NCBI RefSeq assembly: GCF_018977255.1
Contig: NW_024704743.1
Span: 15,626,001 to 15,690,000 of the forward strand
Direction of reading: 5' to 3'
Length of the DNA: 64,000 nucleotides
DNA from: Callorhinchus milii
Lineage: Eukaryota
Of this stretch, positions 13,565 to 25,170 are shown in pieces. Numbering within the stretch: position 1 is the first letter of the stretch; every line of letters begins with the position of its first letter. Position numbers and translations under genes: made by a program. The notes under the pieces are model-generated. The model saw only the letters and a program-made list of their open reading frames with translations, had not been told where the DNA came from and ran no database searches.

Positions 13565-16500
13565 TTCATATTGGTCCCAGACGATTGTAATTGCAATAAT
13601 CCTTACATCTGACACCCCTAGAATGTTTTGGAACTGCGAGAGTGAGCAGATCAACCTTTAGCACCTGAAAAAAAGTTACACATATCTAACATCTTTCACA
13701 TCGGGCAAACGTCTGAAAGCACTTTACAAAGACTGAATGGGAGGCCAAGGTGGGAGGTCATATGGCGCATGATCTCAGTGTCGAAAAATCTCAGTGTTTC
13801 ACAGGATTTTTACTGTGAAGTGTAGTGACTATCTACTTGGAAGTGAACAATTGCTTTAAGGAGTGTATTTGGGTTTCGTGTTTCTTTTTGCAGTCTTTGG
13901 GGAGTTGGGAAGTGACTGGACTTTGGTGCAGTGAACTTAATGTGTATGAATGGAAAGTAGTGCCAGGAAAACCTGGTATTATTTGTGGTAAATCTATTTC
14001 ACCAGGGACCACAGCCATGCTCCTGTCCAGGATTACTAGGCCAGCTGCTAGACTGTGGGAAATCTCTGATTTGCCCACTGGTACTCCCCGGAACACTTTT
14101 ATTTAAGTCTTTTTGAGCTCCCAGTAACCATCAGGGTCAAATCTGTGAGTTGCTCGTCTGTTCTTGTTTCAGCTACACTGTGTAATACCCTCAATTATTT
14201 TTTTTGGAGAAATCTAGGCCTGTCTCTTGAAGAAAATAATAATATTCTTTGCATTTGATATAGCGCCTTATCACATTGTTGAAACATCTCAAAGCAAATC
14301 ACCAACGAGGTGCTGGATTTCTGGTTCTGTGAAAAATGTTCCAACAATTTATGTTTTATAGAACAGCAGCTTGCACTTTTATAGTACCCTTCACACAGGG
14401 TGGTGCCTCAGAGCACTGAAATCTTAATCCCAGTTTTTCACAGTGTTAAATTTGTCTTAAAATATAAGGATTTGGGGAAACTCACGTTCACTCTCAGTCC
14501 CGAAGCCAGGTTCTGCAGACGTGTGCTTTTTTAGGAAGTGTTAAGTGCTCAGATACAACCCCATGTGAAGGATGTTTAAATGCAAGTTACTGTTTGTTTT
14601 TTGTGGTCTGGCTGGAGTGTCACGCTATGCGATTGCGATAATATTGCTGGAGTAACAACTGGATGGATTCTGAGCACAATCAGATAATGGAATAACTGAA
14701 TACACTAAAACAGAGAAATAGAGCTAGAATACTGGGTACTGCTAACTGGCTTTGACAACTAATATAAGCATCATGTAGACCACAGAGTAGTCTAATATGA
14801 TTTCCTGTGTACTAACAATAGTCTGAGGATACAGTCGAGTAATGAAGTGATAACAGGTATTAGCATGTGTAATGCGCTTTAATAGACATTTAATGACATT
14901 TAATTCAAGGAGGCAGAAAGGCCTTCCCAATGGAATATTCCATCATTGAAACTCATTGATCACCAATTTAGGCAGATTCATAGTGGAGAGGTTAATCCAT
15001 CAATTCCTTTAACTAAACAACTCTGATCGCAATTCTGTAGGTGACACTCAGTATGGCCTGAGCCTTCCGTCTTCACAAGCGAATGACTGATATGACAGGC
15101 ATGGAGCTCACACCAGATTTAAATGATTGATTTTTTCTCTGTTTGTAATAAGATCTTGAGACATATGGAAAGACTTAGCCCTCGTCAGGATTGAAATGTA
15201 TCGCTCTAAATGGAAAATGAAATATGATTGTATGTACAAAAGTGCACTTCACCAACATTAAATCAGTGGTGTTTTGCCCCTGCAGTCGCTAAATTTTTAC
15301 AGCATGGTTATTCTGATAAATGTTCTAATTAGCCGCAGTAAATGCACTGCCACTTTGGTAATATTTATAAATGTCAAGAAGGTTTCATTTGATTTGTATT
15401 TTGCAAAAAAAATCACATTCAGATTGGCAACGAGAGCGAGTCTTCGTCACATTGTGCCCTTTTGGGGTTAAATCTGCACCTGTGCGGCTAACTGCCAGTG
15501 ACCAAAAATGTTGCATGTTGCTCAAGATGATTACCACTATGTTGGCTTTCTGTACGTGAGACTATAGTTAGCTGTTGTTTTTTTAACCTTAGCGGCAATG
15601 TTTGGAATGAGTATCGCCAAGAATTCCTCAGCTCCTGATGTTTCAACAAGACCTTGGTAAACTTGAACCGAGGTTGAATGTGTTTTTTTCCAGTAGGCAG
15701 ATAGACATGGGAGACAATTTTGAATGGGATTCTTTTAAAATCAATCCAATTGTGGATTTAGGAAGTGTGCCACTCTGACCCACAAAAGTGCATCGCGTTG
15801 GAGTAGAATTCATGTGAATTGGTGGAAAGTGCTTCTGGTTTGCTCATTAAGGAATCCTGCTGGAAATCATCATGTATTAAAGCCCAGTATCCTCAATTTT
15901 TTAGTTAGTTTCAACTTCCAAACCAATCTGGTTCATGATCTCGGGTTAATGTATATTCCCAGATGTCTCCCTAAAATGTGTGGATCATGTGACGTGAAAT
16001 CGCTGATGTCTTGTTCATTCCCTCTTTCAATTCCAGTTCATTTTTTTCTATAACTCAACAGAGGCTGAAAACTAATTTAACCTTCTCAGTTGCCAGTGCC
16101 TCTAGACAATCTCTTTCTATACCCTAGATATGTTCCTGACAGACAGAGGCAGCAGGAAATGTAGCAGCACAAAGGCTTGTGGGCAGTGTTTGAAGTTTTC
16201 ACACCTGTAGGAGTGAGCGCGAGATTCTTGCCACTTTCACCCCTGTTAACGTGGGACATCCACTCTAACTTAACCCTCATGAATATGGGAGACATTTTTA
16301 ACCTCCTTCATCTTGAACAGCAGATTAGTTCTGTTCACTTATTGTCAACAAGGCTTTTGTGCAATCTGATCAAAACGATCTATCAGCATCTTACCAGCAT
16401 TGGGTTCACAAGCCTGGACAGGAGATGTTGAGTATTTTCCCATTTTTCAGCTGGTGGCCGTTGATTGATTACTGTTTTTGTCATGTCTTGCTCGGGCAAA

Positions 16501-17967
16501 TTGGGGCAATTCTCTTGTAACCCTGTCCTACCACAGAGTCAGGCCGGAATGAATGGATTCTTTGGGTCAAAGTGCATCCAGTGCGTTATTTAAGCCTAAT
16601 TTGCGATTTGTAACCTGTTGGAACTCTGCTCTGATGCTGATCCCCATTCCAACTTGTGGATTGCGGGCAAAGAAACTCCTGCCACCTGATAGGTTAAGGC
16701 AGCGTCCGAGTGGAATTTCTGTGAACTCTGACATTTTCAGGTATCTGCAAGATCTACTAGTTACAAATCAAATTGTGGTTCTTACACATTAGACCCTATT
16801 TTTTAACAACCACAACTTGCATTTATATAGTGTCCCTCATACAAATCATCCCTCATGCAGGGTAGCGTCCCAGAGGGCTATTAGATTTGCCAGTTGTCAG
16901 CCTCTGTGGCATGTTACCTGGGTTTCCTGCATTGTATGATACAGCTAATTAGACCCCAGCTCTCATCCTAGCTCTCTTTGCTAAACACAGTCGTATATAG
17001 CTAAGGGGTCCACAAAGAACAGGTGTATGGAAGCTCCAGTTTGAAGGAAGTGGGAATGGAGCTTGTTTTATCAATTACTTTTTTTATGAAAGGCTGGGGT
17101 CTGCTCACCTTCCCTCTCAATTCCTCAAAATCCCTTATTTTAATTCAACTGATTTAACACTGGAGGAGTCATCACGGGTGAATTTGTACAGAGGGATTAT
17201 TTGTTGTGGGAGGAATCATCTCATGAGAGGCCTGCAAGGGTTCCTAATCATCCAATTGGTGACAGTTTAACCCATTGAACTGCTAAATACAAATGCAACA
17301 GAAATATTTCCTTTGGAACAGCAGACGCTACTCATCCCACAATGAAGCAAAGTCCAGAAATCCTTTTAAAAAGCATTTAGAAAGGATGCTTAAAGAGGGG
17401 AATATTAAAGGGTATGAAGGAGTGAGCAGGCGAGTGGGATTATTATTAACAACAGTAATAGTCGTTACATCTTTCACATCACGAAGACATCCCAAAGCGA
17501 TTCACAGGATATACTGTAAAGTGGGGTGACTGCATGTTTTGTGGGTGAATGATCAAACAAGGTGACTTATGGAGAAAATTTGCAAGGCTGTCTTGATGAA
17601 GCCATGTGGCCTGTTTCTGTGCTGTAACTCTATAAATCCATGTAACATTCTCTTCCAAACAAAACTAAGATTTTGTACACACAATAGTGGACACTGTGGA
17701 AGGAGGCAAAAAGCTGCAATCTGGTATTTTGACAAGTCCTTATGTGTATAGTTTGTGTCATGCCCTGAACCTTTTCTGCATACACAAGCATATAAATGTA
17801 ACTCATCCCTGATGTGGAGCAGAAATGTATTTTATGTATTAATATACAAGCTAAAATATGTATTAGTATACGTCAAAGCTTAAAGGTAATCTCTAAAAGT
17901 GCCCATTGATTTTTTTTAATGCCCTTCCTTTGATAACATTTCAGATGTTGTAAAGTTTTTCTTTAAA

Positions 17968-18715
17968 CTCATAAGAAAAGCAAAACAGGCATTGCGGTTC
18001 ATTTCTAGAAGGATAGAAATGAAAACAACAACAACAAGATTCCATTTATTGAGCGCCTTTCACGTCAGGAGGACGTCCCAAGGCGCTGTACAAGGGTCAG
18101 GGAAAAGCAGGGAAGTTATGGTAAACTTCTATAGGACCTTAGTTAGACCACACTTAGAATACTGTGTGCAGTCCTGGTCCCCACATTATAGAAGGGATAT
18201 AGAGGCACTGGAGAGGGTGCAAAGGAGATTCACAAGGATGATCCCAAAACTGAGAGGTTATATCTATCAGGAAAGGCTGAATATGCTTGGACTCTTTTAT
18301 CTTTAAAAGAGAAGGGTAACTGGTGACCTGATAGAGGTCTTTAAAATCATTAAAGGTTTTGATAGGGTAGACATAAGGAAGATGTTTCCACTTGTGGGGA
18401 GACCAAAACCAGGGGCCATCAATATAAAATAGTCACAAATAGATCAAATAGGGAAGTTAGAAGACATTTATTCACACAGAGAGCAGTGGGACTATGGAAC
18501 ATGCTACCACAATGAGTTGTTGAATCAAATAATATAGATGTATTTAAGGGGAAGCTAGAGAGGTACATGAGGGAGAAAGGAATAGAAGGTTATGCTTGAA
18601 GGCTTAGTTGAAGAAGGGCAGGAGGAGGCTCATATGGAGCATAAACACTGGGAATAGACCAGTTAGGCCAAATGAACTGTTTCTGGGCTGTATATTCTAA
18701 TGTATTTAATGTATT
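17968..18715 (+). mobile_element. CR1-type LINE 3' portion, with an L2 tail inserted at 18026-18101
   Basis: YRTLVRPHLEYCVQSWSPHYRRDIEALERVQRRFTRMIP followed by a CR1-type 3' UTR. Confidence 0.9.
18026..18101 (-). mobile_element. 76-bp L2 3' tail nested in CR1
   Basis: caacaacaacaagattccatttattgagcgcctttcacgtcaggaggacgtccc..., flanked by GAAAA at 18021-18025 and 18102-18106. Confidence 0.88.
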
Positions 18716-18766
18716 CATTGCTCTTTTCTACCTTGTAATTCTGTTCAATCTCTGGTTTCTGTCTAG

Positions 18767-18983
18767 CCCTGCTCTCAGTTTTCCATACCCTGCTACGCCA
18801 GTTGCCATCCAACAAATGCACCACCAAATAATGAGTCGTCAACAGACCCTGGGCTCAGCATTTGGCCACAGTCCTCCTCTTATCCATCCTGCTCCGACCT
18901 TTGCCACCCAGCGGCCAATACCTGGTCTTTCCTCTGTACTGACCTCTGCACAGGTTACCTCTGTTCCTTCTGAATCTGCACAG
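18767..18983 (+). CDS. gli3: GLI3 coding exon (exon 8 equivalent)
   Basis: tag|C...CAG|gtaaga, 217 bp; phase matches the previous exon. [53 protein letters not shown]...SESAQ. Confidence 0.96.
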
Positions 18984-19418
18984 GTAAGAGAGCACAAGGG
19001 ATGGGACTGGGGAACATTTCTGCTTGTCCAGAATGCAGATTGTGGTGTTGAAATGAGTAATGTGTGTGTGATTCAGCAGCTTGATGTCTTAAGTAGCCTG
19101 AATCAGTGATGTGCTATGAATAGCAATTGCAAGCAGCTTGGGTGTGAGCGCCTGTAATCACAGAGGTCCTGGAGGACTCTGTTCTATCCACAGGGTTCCA
19201 ACATGGTGCTGGAGCACTGTGTGATCTTGGCATTCAATAGTACTGATATTATCTTAGGACTGTTTAATTGAGTTATTAATCATTGTAACAATTTTCATAG
19301 ATATTGATCTGATTCAGGGTTTTGTATATTAGAGGGTTGATCTTCATTGGTGTCTCGTTTGCTGCCATTTCACTCATACTTTTTTTTAAAAAAGAAACTG
19401 TTCCATTTCATGCCTCAG

Positions 19419-19532
19419 ACCAAACCCACGAGTGAGTCTGCAGTGAGCAGTACAGGTGACCCAATGCAACACAAGCGCTCCCGGATCAAACCTGATGAAG
19501 AGCTGCCAAGTCCAGGTGGAGGGAGTGAACAG
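19419..19532 (+). CDS. gli3: GLI3 coding exon (exon 9 equivalent)
   Basis: cag|ACC...CAG|gtaatg, 114 bp. [38 protein letters not shown]. Confidence 0.96.
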
Positions 19533-19647
19533 GTAATGGCAACTAGTTGAAAGGAGTGGCCATCTTCTGTAACACCACACCACTAACAAACCAATAATAC
19601 AAACGCCACATTAATAATACTATACCACACTAAAACTGCAAGGATTG

Positions 19648-20086
19648 CAGTCAAGCCTGAGAAAGCAACCACCTCTAGTCAACAACCACCCACTGTCAAA
19701 AAACATCTGGAACCAGTTGGACCAATTTTCCATAATAAACTACCTCTACTCAGCAACAACTTATCTAACATAACCAGTGGCCACTCTTTTTTAGCCCTGT
19801 ACAGACACCCTTTTTAGCAGTCAGTTCCATGTGAATTTGAGTGTACTCACCAGTAATGTGTTACCAATTTCTGTGGGCATGTGTTGACTCCTGCTAGATT
19901 CCTAGTGAATTTACCAATTCCACAGGATTTACATTTACGTGCAGTTTACAAGCAGGTCCGTGAACATTTTTAAAACATGTTTTGGCCCTGTTCAATGAAC
20001 CATTGAACCCTTACTCAGAGGCCATCCTCACACAAAGGCCACTTTGGTCAGGTCTCCAGAGTGGTTGCTGAAAATAGGTTTGACTG
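19648..20086. mobile_element. Non-autonomous DNA transposon (pogo/Tigger-like MITE)
   Basis: Imperfect terminal inverted repeats: left CAGTCAAGCCTGAGAAAGCAACCACCTCT, reverse complement of right CAGTCAAACCTATTTTCAGCAACCACTCT. Internal (c)aaccacc-like subrepeats; no ORF. Confidence 0.65.
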
Positions 20087-20652
20087 CATTTTATTTCCAC
20101 CCAACCGCTGAAGGCCAGATGCAGGCAATACATTGGCTTTACACGGGGTGTTCGACCACTATAGAACTGCTTCAGAGAGTTACCCTGAGTGGTGCATTGC
20201 ACACACGGGTGCTGGAAGTCGTAATGCCACTATCCTAACTGTGTCACCCGTTCCTCACTTGTATAACACATTGATTCACGACGGGGATGGAGTCTTCTCT
20301 CTGATAGCTCAGCATGAGAATTTTAACCCAAGATTGTCAGTGTTAGAAGCAGTTTTAATATTTAGCAATTATCCTAAAGCTGTATAAAGTGGTTTTCCTC
20401 CATTGAACTGTGCACCTGTTACTCAACAAGTTCAAAGTGCATACATAGTTACTCAGCTTTTGGGACAGGAGAGGCAAAAGATTGCAAATGTTACATTGCT
20501 TTTCCGCCACTCCCCGATGAAGGAACTGGAAGCTTTGGGCACGATTCTGAAAGTTTGAGGTTCAAACAAATCTGTCCTTAATTACACTTCTCAACATTTT
20601 AAGGACTCGGGTTGGTACATACTGTATATCACGAGAGCATCCCTGCATTATA

Positions 20653-20784
20653 ACACAGACTCCCAGTGTGTGCACAGCACAGACTTCCAGTGTGTGAAAC
20701 ACAGACTCCAGGTGTGTGATGCACAAACTCCCAATGTGTGGTGCACAGACTCCCAGTGTGTGATACACAGACTCCTAGTGTGTG
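20653..20784. repeat. Minisatellite, 6 x ~22 bp
   Basis: Consensus ACACAGACTCCCAGTGTGTGAT. Confidence 0.9.
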
Positions 20785-21221
20785 GAGCAAGGCACCGGCA
20801 TGTGTTAGCACAGATATAAAGTGTCTGTGACATGTAGCCCTTCTGGAGCTGTGGAATGTTTCAGATTTCAGCTAAAGGTGCATTCTGTTTCAAGTAAATA
20901 ATTGACACTGGAGACATCTCAAAAAAGCTGTCCATGTACATTCAGTGCAACCCAGCATGTCACTGGGTATAATACATGGAGATTTCTACGAGGATTCCTC
21001 AATAAGGAAACATGAGGTACCACATGCTGACTCACAGGAACGTCACTCCGGCCAAATCTAGTTTAGGGGTAGAGTTCCTGTAGATTGATGTTACATCCAT
21101 CCAGTTATCAGAAAGGTTTCTCCATTCAGATTTCTTATTAAAGAATCCCATTTGTAATCTCTGCCTATAAGGCCCTACAAGTGAATGCATTATGCAAGCC
21201 TGGGCAGTGCTGGGAACTTAG

Positions 21222-21464
<243 letters not shown>

Positions 21465-23805
21465 TAGGTCAGGTTCTTTGACCCAAAAGAGTCAAGTTTC
21501 TTAGCTGGGAGCATTTTGCGCTGAGAGGATATTACTTGTTCCAGGGAACTGAAAGGCTGTAGAGCTTGACCAATTCAGCCCTCTGAAGCTGGAGGGAAGC
21601 TCCTGTAAAATGGACTACAAAGGACGGCTGTGTTTTGGGCCAGTGTAAATGAAAGGCTGGAGAAAAATTGACGAAACTTGTAAACCCCAAAATAGTTTAG
21701 CACCTTAAAAAGGGGAAGCAAATTCTAAGCTTTGAAAATGCGACAACTTATTGAAGAAAAATTGTTATTTAAGACTTTGTGTAAATTGTGTTGTATTCAG
21801 TAAATACTGAATATAAATGAATCCAAAACTGTGACCCAGCTGGAAAGAGGACAACCCAAATTAATAGCATCAGCAGAATTTTGCCCACAAAATATACAGT
21901 CAATTCACTTTACAGTATATTCTGTGAAGTGCTTTAAGATGTCTCAACAACGTGATAAGGCTGCTATATCAAATGCAAAGATAATTATTATTATCGCCAT
22001 ATTCTCAGAACAGAATCTGAATTTTAAAATGTCCAGACCGTGCAGTTCAGTCTATGCTGGTCCTGCTGAAGGGAACCATCAACCACATTCACTGTTGCTT
22101 CACCAGTAAACGTCATAAATGTTTCAATTACAGAGAACACATTATTAGCAAGTGTGGGCATTTCTAGGAGCATTAAACAGCATTTAGTGGTTAAGAAGAT
22201 TTAATGAGTTTAAAGAGAGTTTAATGAGAGTTTTCCGACCTGAATCTTTCTGTGGGAGAGATGGGTGGCATTAGTTTGTTTCTATTTGTGAACAAGGCGA
22301 GACTAAAGAAGCAGCTTGGGTTTTAGTTAAGTCTTCAAGCCCAGAGTTGGGAGCAACTGATGCTCACAACTAAAGGTTTCGTTTTGTAAACAGCGCTGCC
22401 ATCATGTTTCTTTTGTTAATTATGCAATATAATTTTTGCTCTGTATTTAAAGACACACAGCCATGTACTTAATTGATGTTTCCGTTTAAAGATCAATTGA
22501 TTATGTTGAGTTTAGATTTTTTTAAAAATTCCATACCCTCTTCGGACTAGGCGTCAATTCTCACACAAGATAACATAATCAGAAACCTCTGTCAATGTCA
22601 AATGACTTGCAGGAGAACCTAAAAGCAGGACCACAAATGTTAATCAGAATTTTCCTACAAAAAACATTTCTTGTGAAGTACTTTGAGATGTCTGGACGGA
22701 ATGGTAAGGTGCAGAATCAAGTACAAAGATCATAATGATTTCAGAATCACAGACAGCTAACACAGCAGAGTTTGCTTTTGATTTGTATTTGCCTAGTTAA
22801 ACTGCAATTTTTTTTCTAAAAAAAAGTAGTGTAAATGGTGATGCCTTGTGTGGCAAATACATTGGAAATGCCACTCAATATATGAGAGTCAGAACATGTG
22901 CAATAACTGTATAAGCAGAGAGTAAGGTATTTTCTGAATATACTTAGACACCCAAGTGAAGACAATCTTCCTTTCAAAGATTTTTTTTAGACACTGCTTA
23001 AGTAAACCCTCTCCCAGTTAATAGAAAAATTCATGGATCTTCATGGCTGTCCATCCAGTGCCTGACAGTACCAGCAGCTTGCTAAAGCCATCACTATCTA
23101 TAATTGATATCCTTCCATGGAATGGGGTTGCTGACGACATTTCAAGGTCTTTGCTGAAGGTTTTTTTTTAACAATCTTGACAATTTTTGCCCTCTGTGGT
23201 GCACCCTTTAAACTGCTCTGTTGGAATGTCAAAGTAGTTGAACCGTAGTACGGAGGCTACATGTGGCTCCCATTAAGCAAATCACAAACATTGATAGTAG
23301 CATGAGAATTCCTGCTATGATTGCATGCCAGAACAAGACTCATTTACATCAGACTTGCGAGAGGGGAAACTTGTTGCATTTATATTATTATACGGTGGGC
23401 CGACTGTTTTCAAGGTTTTAATAAAAGTCATGTCCGTGTTTTAATTTCGGTTGAAAAAATCCATATGGGCAGCTGGCGGGGACTGCTGTTGCTCCCAGAC
23501 ATTAATACAAGGTCTGTCTGCAGAAAGCTGCGGAATTAAGTTCACCCTAGCCGATGTTTGGCTATGTTAATGCATCCAAAGAAAGTCAATTTAAGAAGGG
23601 GTTTAGAAGTAACAACGTTAGAGCTTTGATAGACTATGTAACTGCTTTTCTTTCCTCGTATATTTGTTTTATGATGACTGCAACAATTTGTCATTATTCT
23701 GATTCCAAACAAATCTCGATCCATTAGATTTTATTTGGAGAACAACTCCCTTTTTCTTGGCATTTCTGAGCATCGAGACTTTGTTAGTTGGCTGTACCCA
23801 GTCTG

Positions 23806-24531
23806 GCACCCCATCTCTCGACTGCAGAGCAGGCTGCTTGTGTAAACCTTCACAGCAATGGTTCCTGCAAATCCAACCTCTCTTGCCTTACCCGCGTGGC
23901 CTCTCTGTACATTGTTCTATACACGCATATGTCCAGAAAACTCTTTACAGCACAGAAAGTAGTGTTCGTTTTTGTTTGATCGCCTACAGTTCCAGACGCT
24001 GGTGGCTTTTCCCTCATAAAGTTGATCCCAGATTCAATTGCCACACTTCAAGTTATCCCAGTCCAGTGCCATACTGCCGACTAATACAATTTCTCTGAAC
24101 CATGGTGTAAACCCTGAAATCCGATTAATTTTTTTTGGTTTAAAGAGTCCCTGGTTCTTAGTATCCTCAAAGATGCTTTTTTGTTTTCATTTGGTTTCTT
24201 GCCCAAATGGACACATTTGCGAAGTGACTGCAGGATGCAGCAATGGCATGATAAGCTGTTCGCAGGCCCCCTTGCCCTCCACCCATCTCTCATTCCAACC
24301 CACAGCTGGGGTGCAAACCCCTCATTGTCTTGCGCCTTGGGACATCCTCCCGATGTGAAAGGTGCTATATAAATGCAATTTGTTGTTGCTTGCTGCTGTT
24401 TGCACCCCATCTCTCGACTGCAGAGCAGGCTGCTTGTGTGAACCTTCACAGCAATGGTTCCTGCAAATCCAACCAGCATGGCCCCTCTGTACATTGTTCT
24501 ACACACACGCGCACAGTTTGTCAAGAAAACT
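23806..24531 (+). repeat. Local direct duplication of ~130 bp (23806-23942 and 24402-24531)
   Basis: gcaccccatctctcgactgcagagcaggctgcttgtgt(a/g)aaccttcacagcaatggttcctgcaaatccaacc occurs twice. Confidence 0.9.
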
Positions 24532-24662
24532 TGTTTGCCCTCCCTTCCTTCCCCTCACCATTTCCCCCCTGCACGGGTCCTGACCCAACTGTCCAGCGCC
24601 TTGGGACGTACTCTCGACGTGAAAGGCGCTCTATAAATGAAATCTTCTTGTTGTTGTTGTTG
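24265..24662 (+). mobile_element. Two short L2 3' tails (24265-24390 and 24537-24662)
   Basis: Both end in gcgccttgggac...gtgaaagg(t/c)gct followed by a (TTG)n-like tail. Confidence 0.85.
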
Positions 24663-24997
24663 CTGGAGTTATTTTGCTGCCACATGGAAAAGCTTGCTTT
24701 GTCTTTTTGTATATGAAGTGTTCTACCCTGCTGGAAAGCTTTGAAGCAGGACTTCTCTTAGTTTTACCAAATAATCCATACATTAAAGGCTTTTCCTTTT
24801 TTTAATATCAAGGAAAAGTACAATTCCAAAGAGCAAATAACTTTTACTGGTGGGGCTTGTCTGTGTGTGGGGGGAGGAAGTTGAGTGTCTCTCCTAACTC
24901 TCAGGTGAAGATGATGGAAAGCAATTTCTAATTACTGTTGTTTACTGAAAGATAAAGACAGGCGACCGCTTGGCTGTGGCTCACCAATATGTATATA

Positions 24998-25170
24998 TAC
25001 AGACACATACACCAGCCCCCCCCCACACACACACACCATTACCCTCACCCCCACCCCCCACACACACCACCACTCCCCGCCACCCACATACACACCACCA
25101 CCCCCACACACACATACACATCACGCACACATACCACACACCACACATCACACACACACACACACACACA
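24998..25170. repeat. Degenerate CA/CCA-rich low-complexity tract
   Basis: Mixed (CA)n and CCCA runs. Confidence 0.85.

Noticed and set aside
20653..20784. CRISPR-like array of palindromic repeats
   Set aside because: Units are adjacent with no unique spacers, there are no cas genes, and the context is a vertebrate intron.
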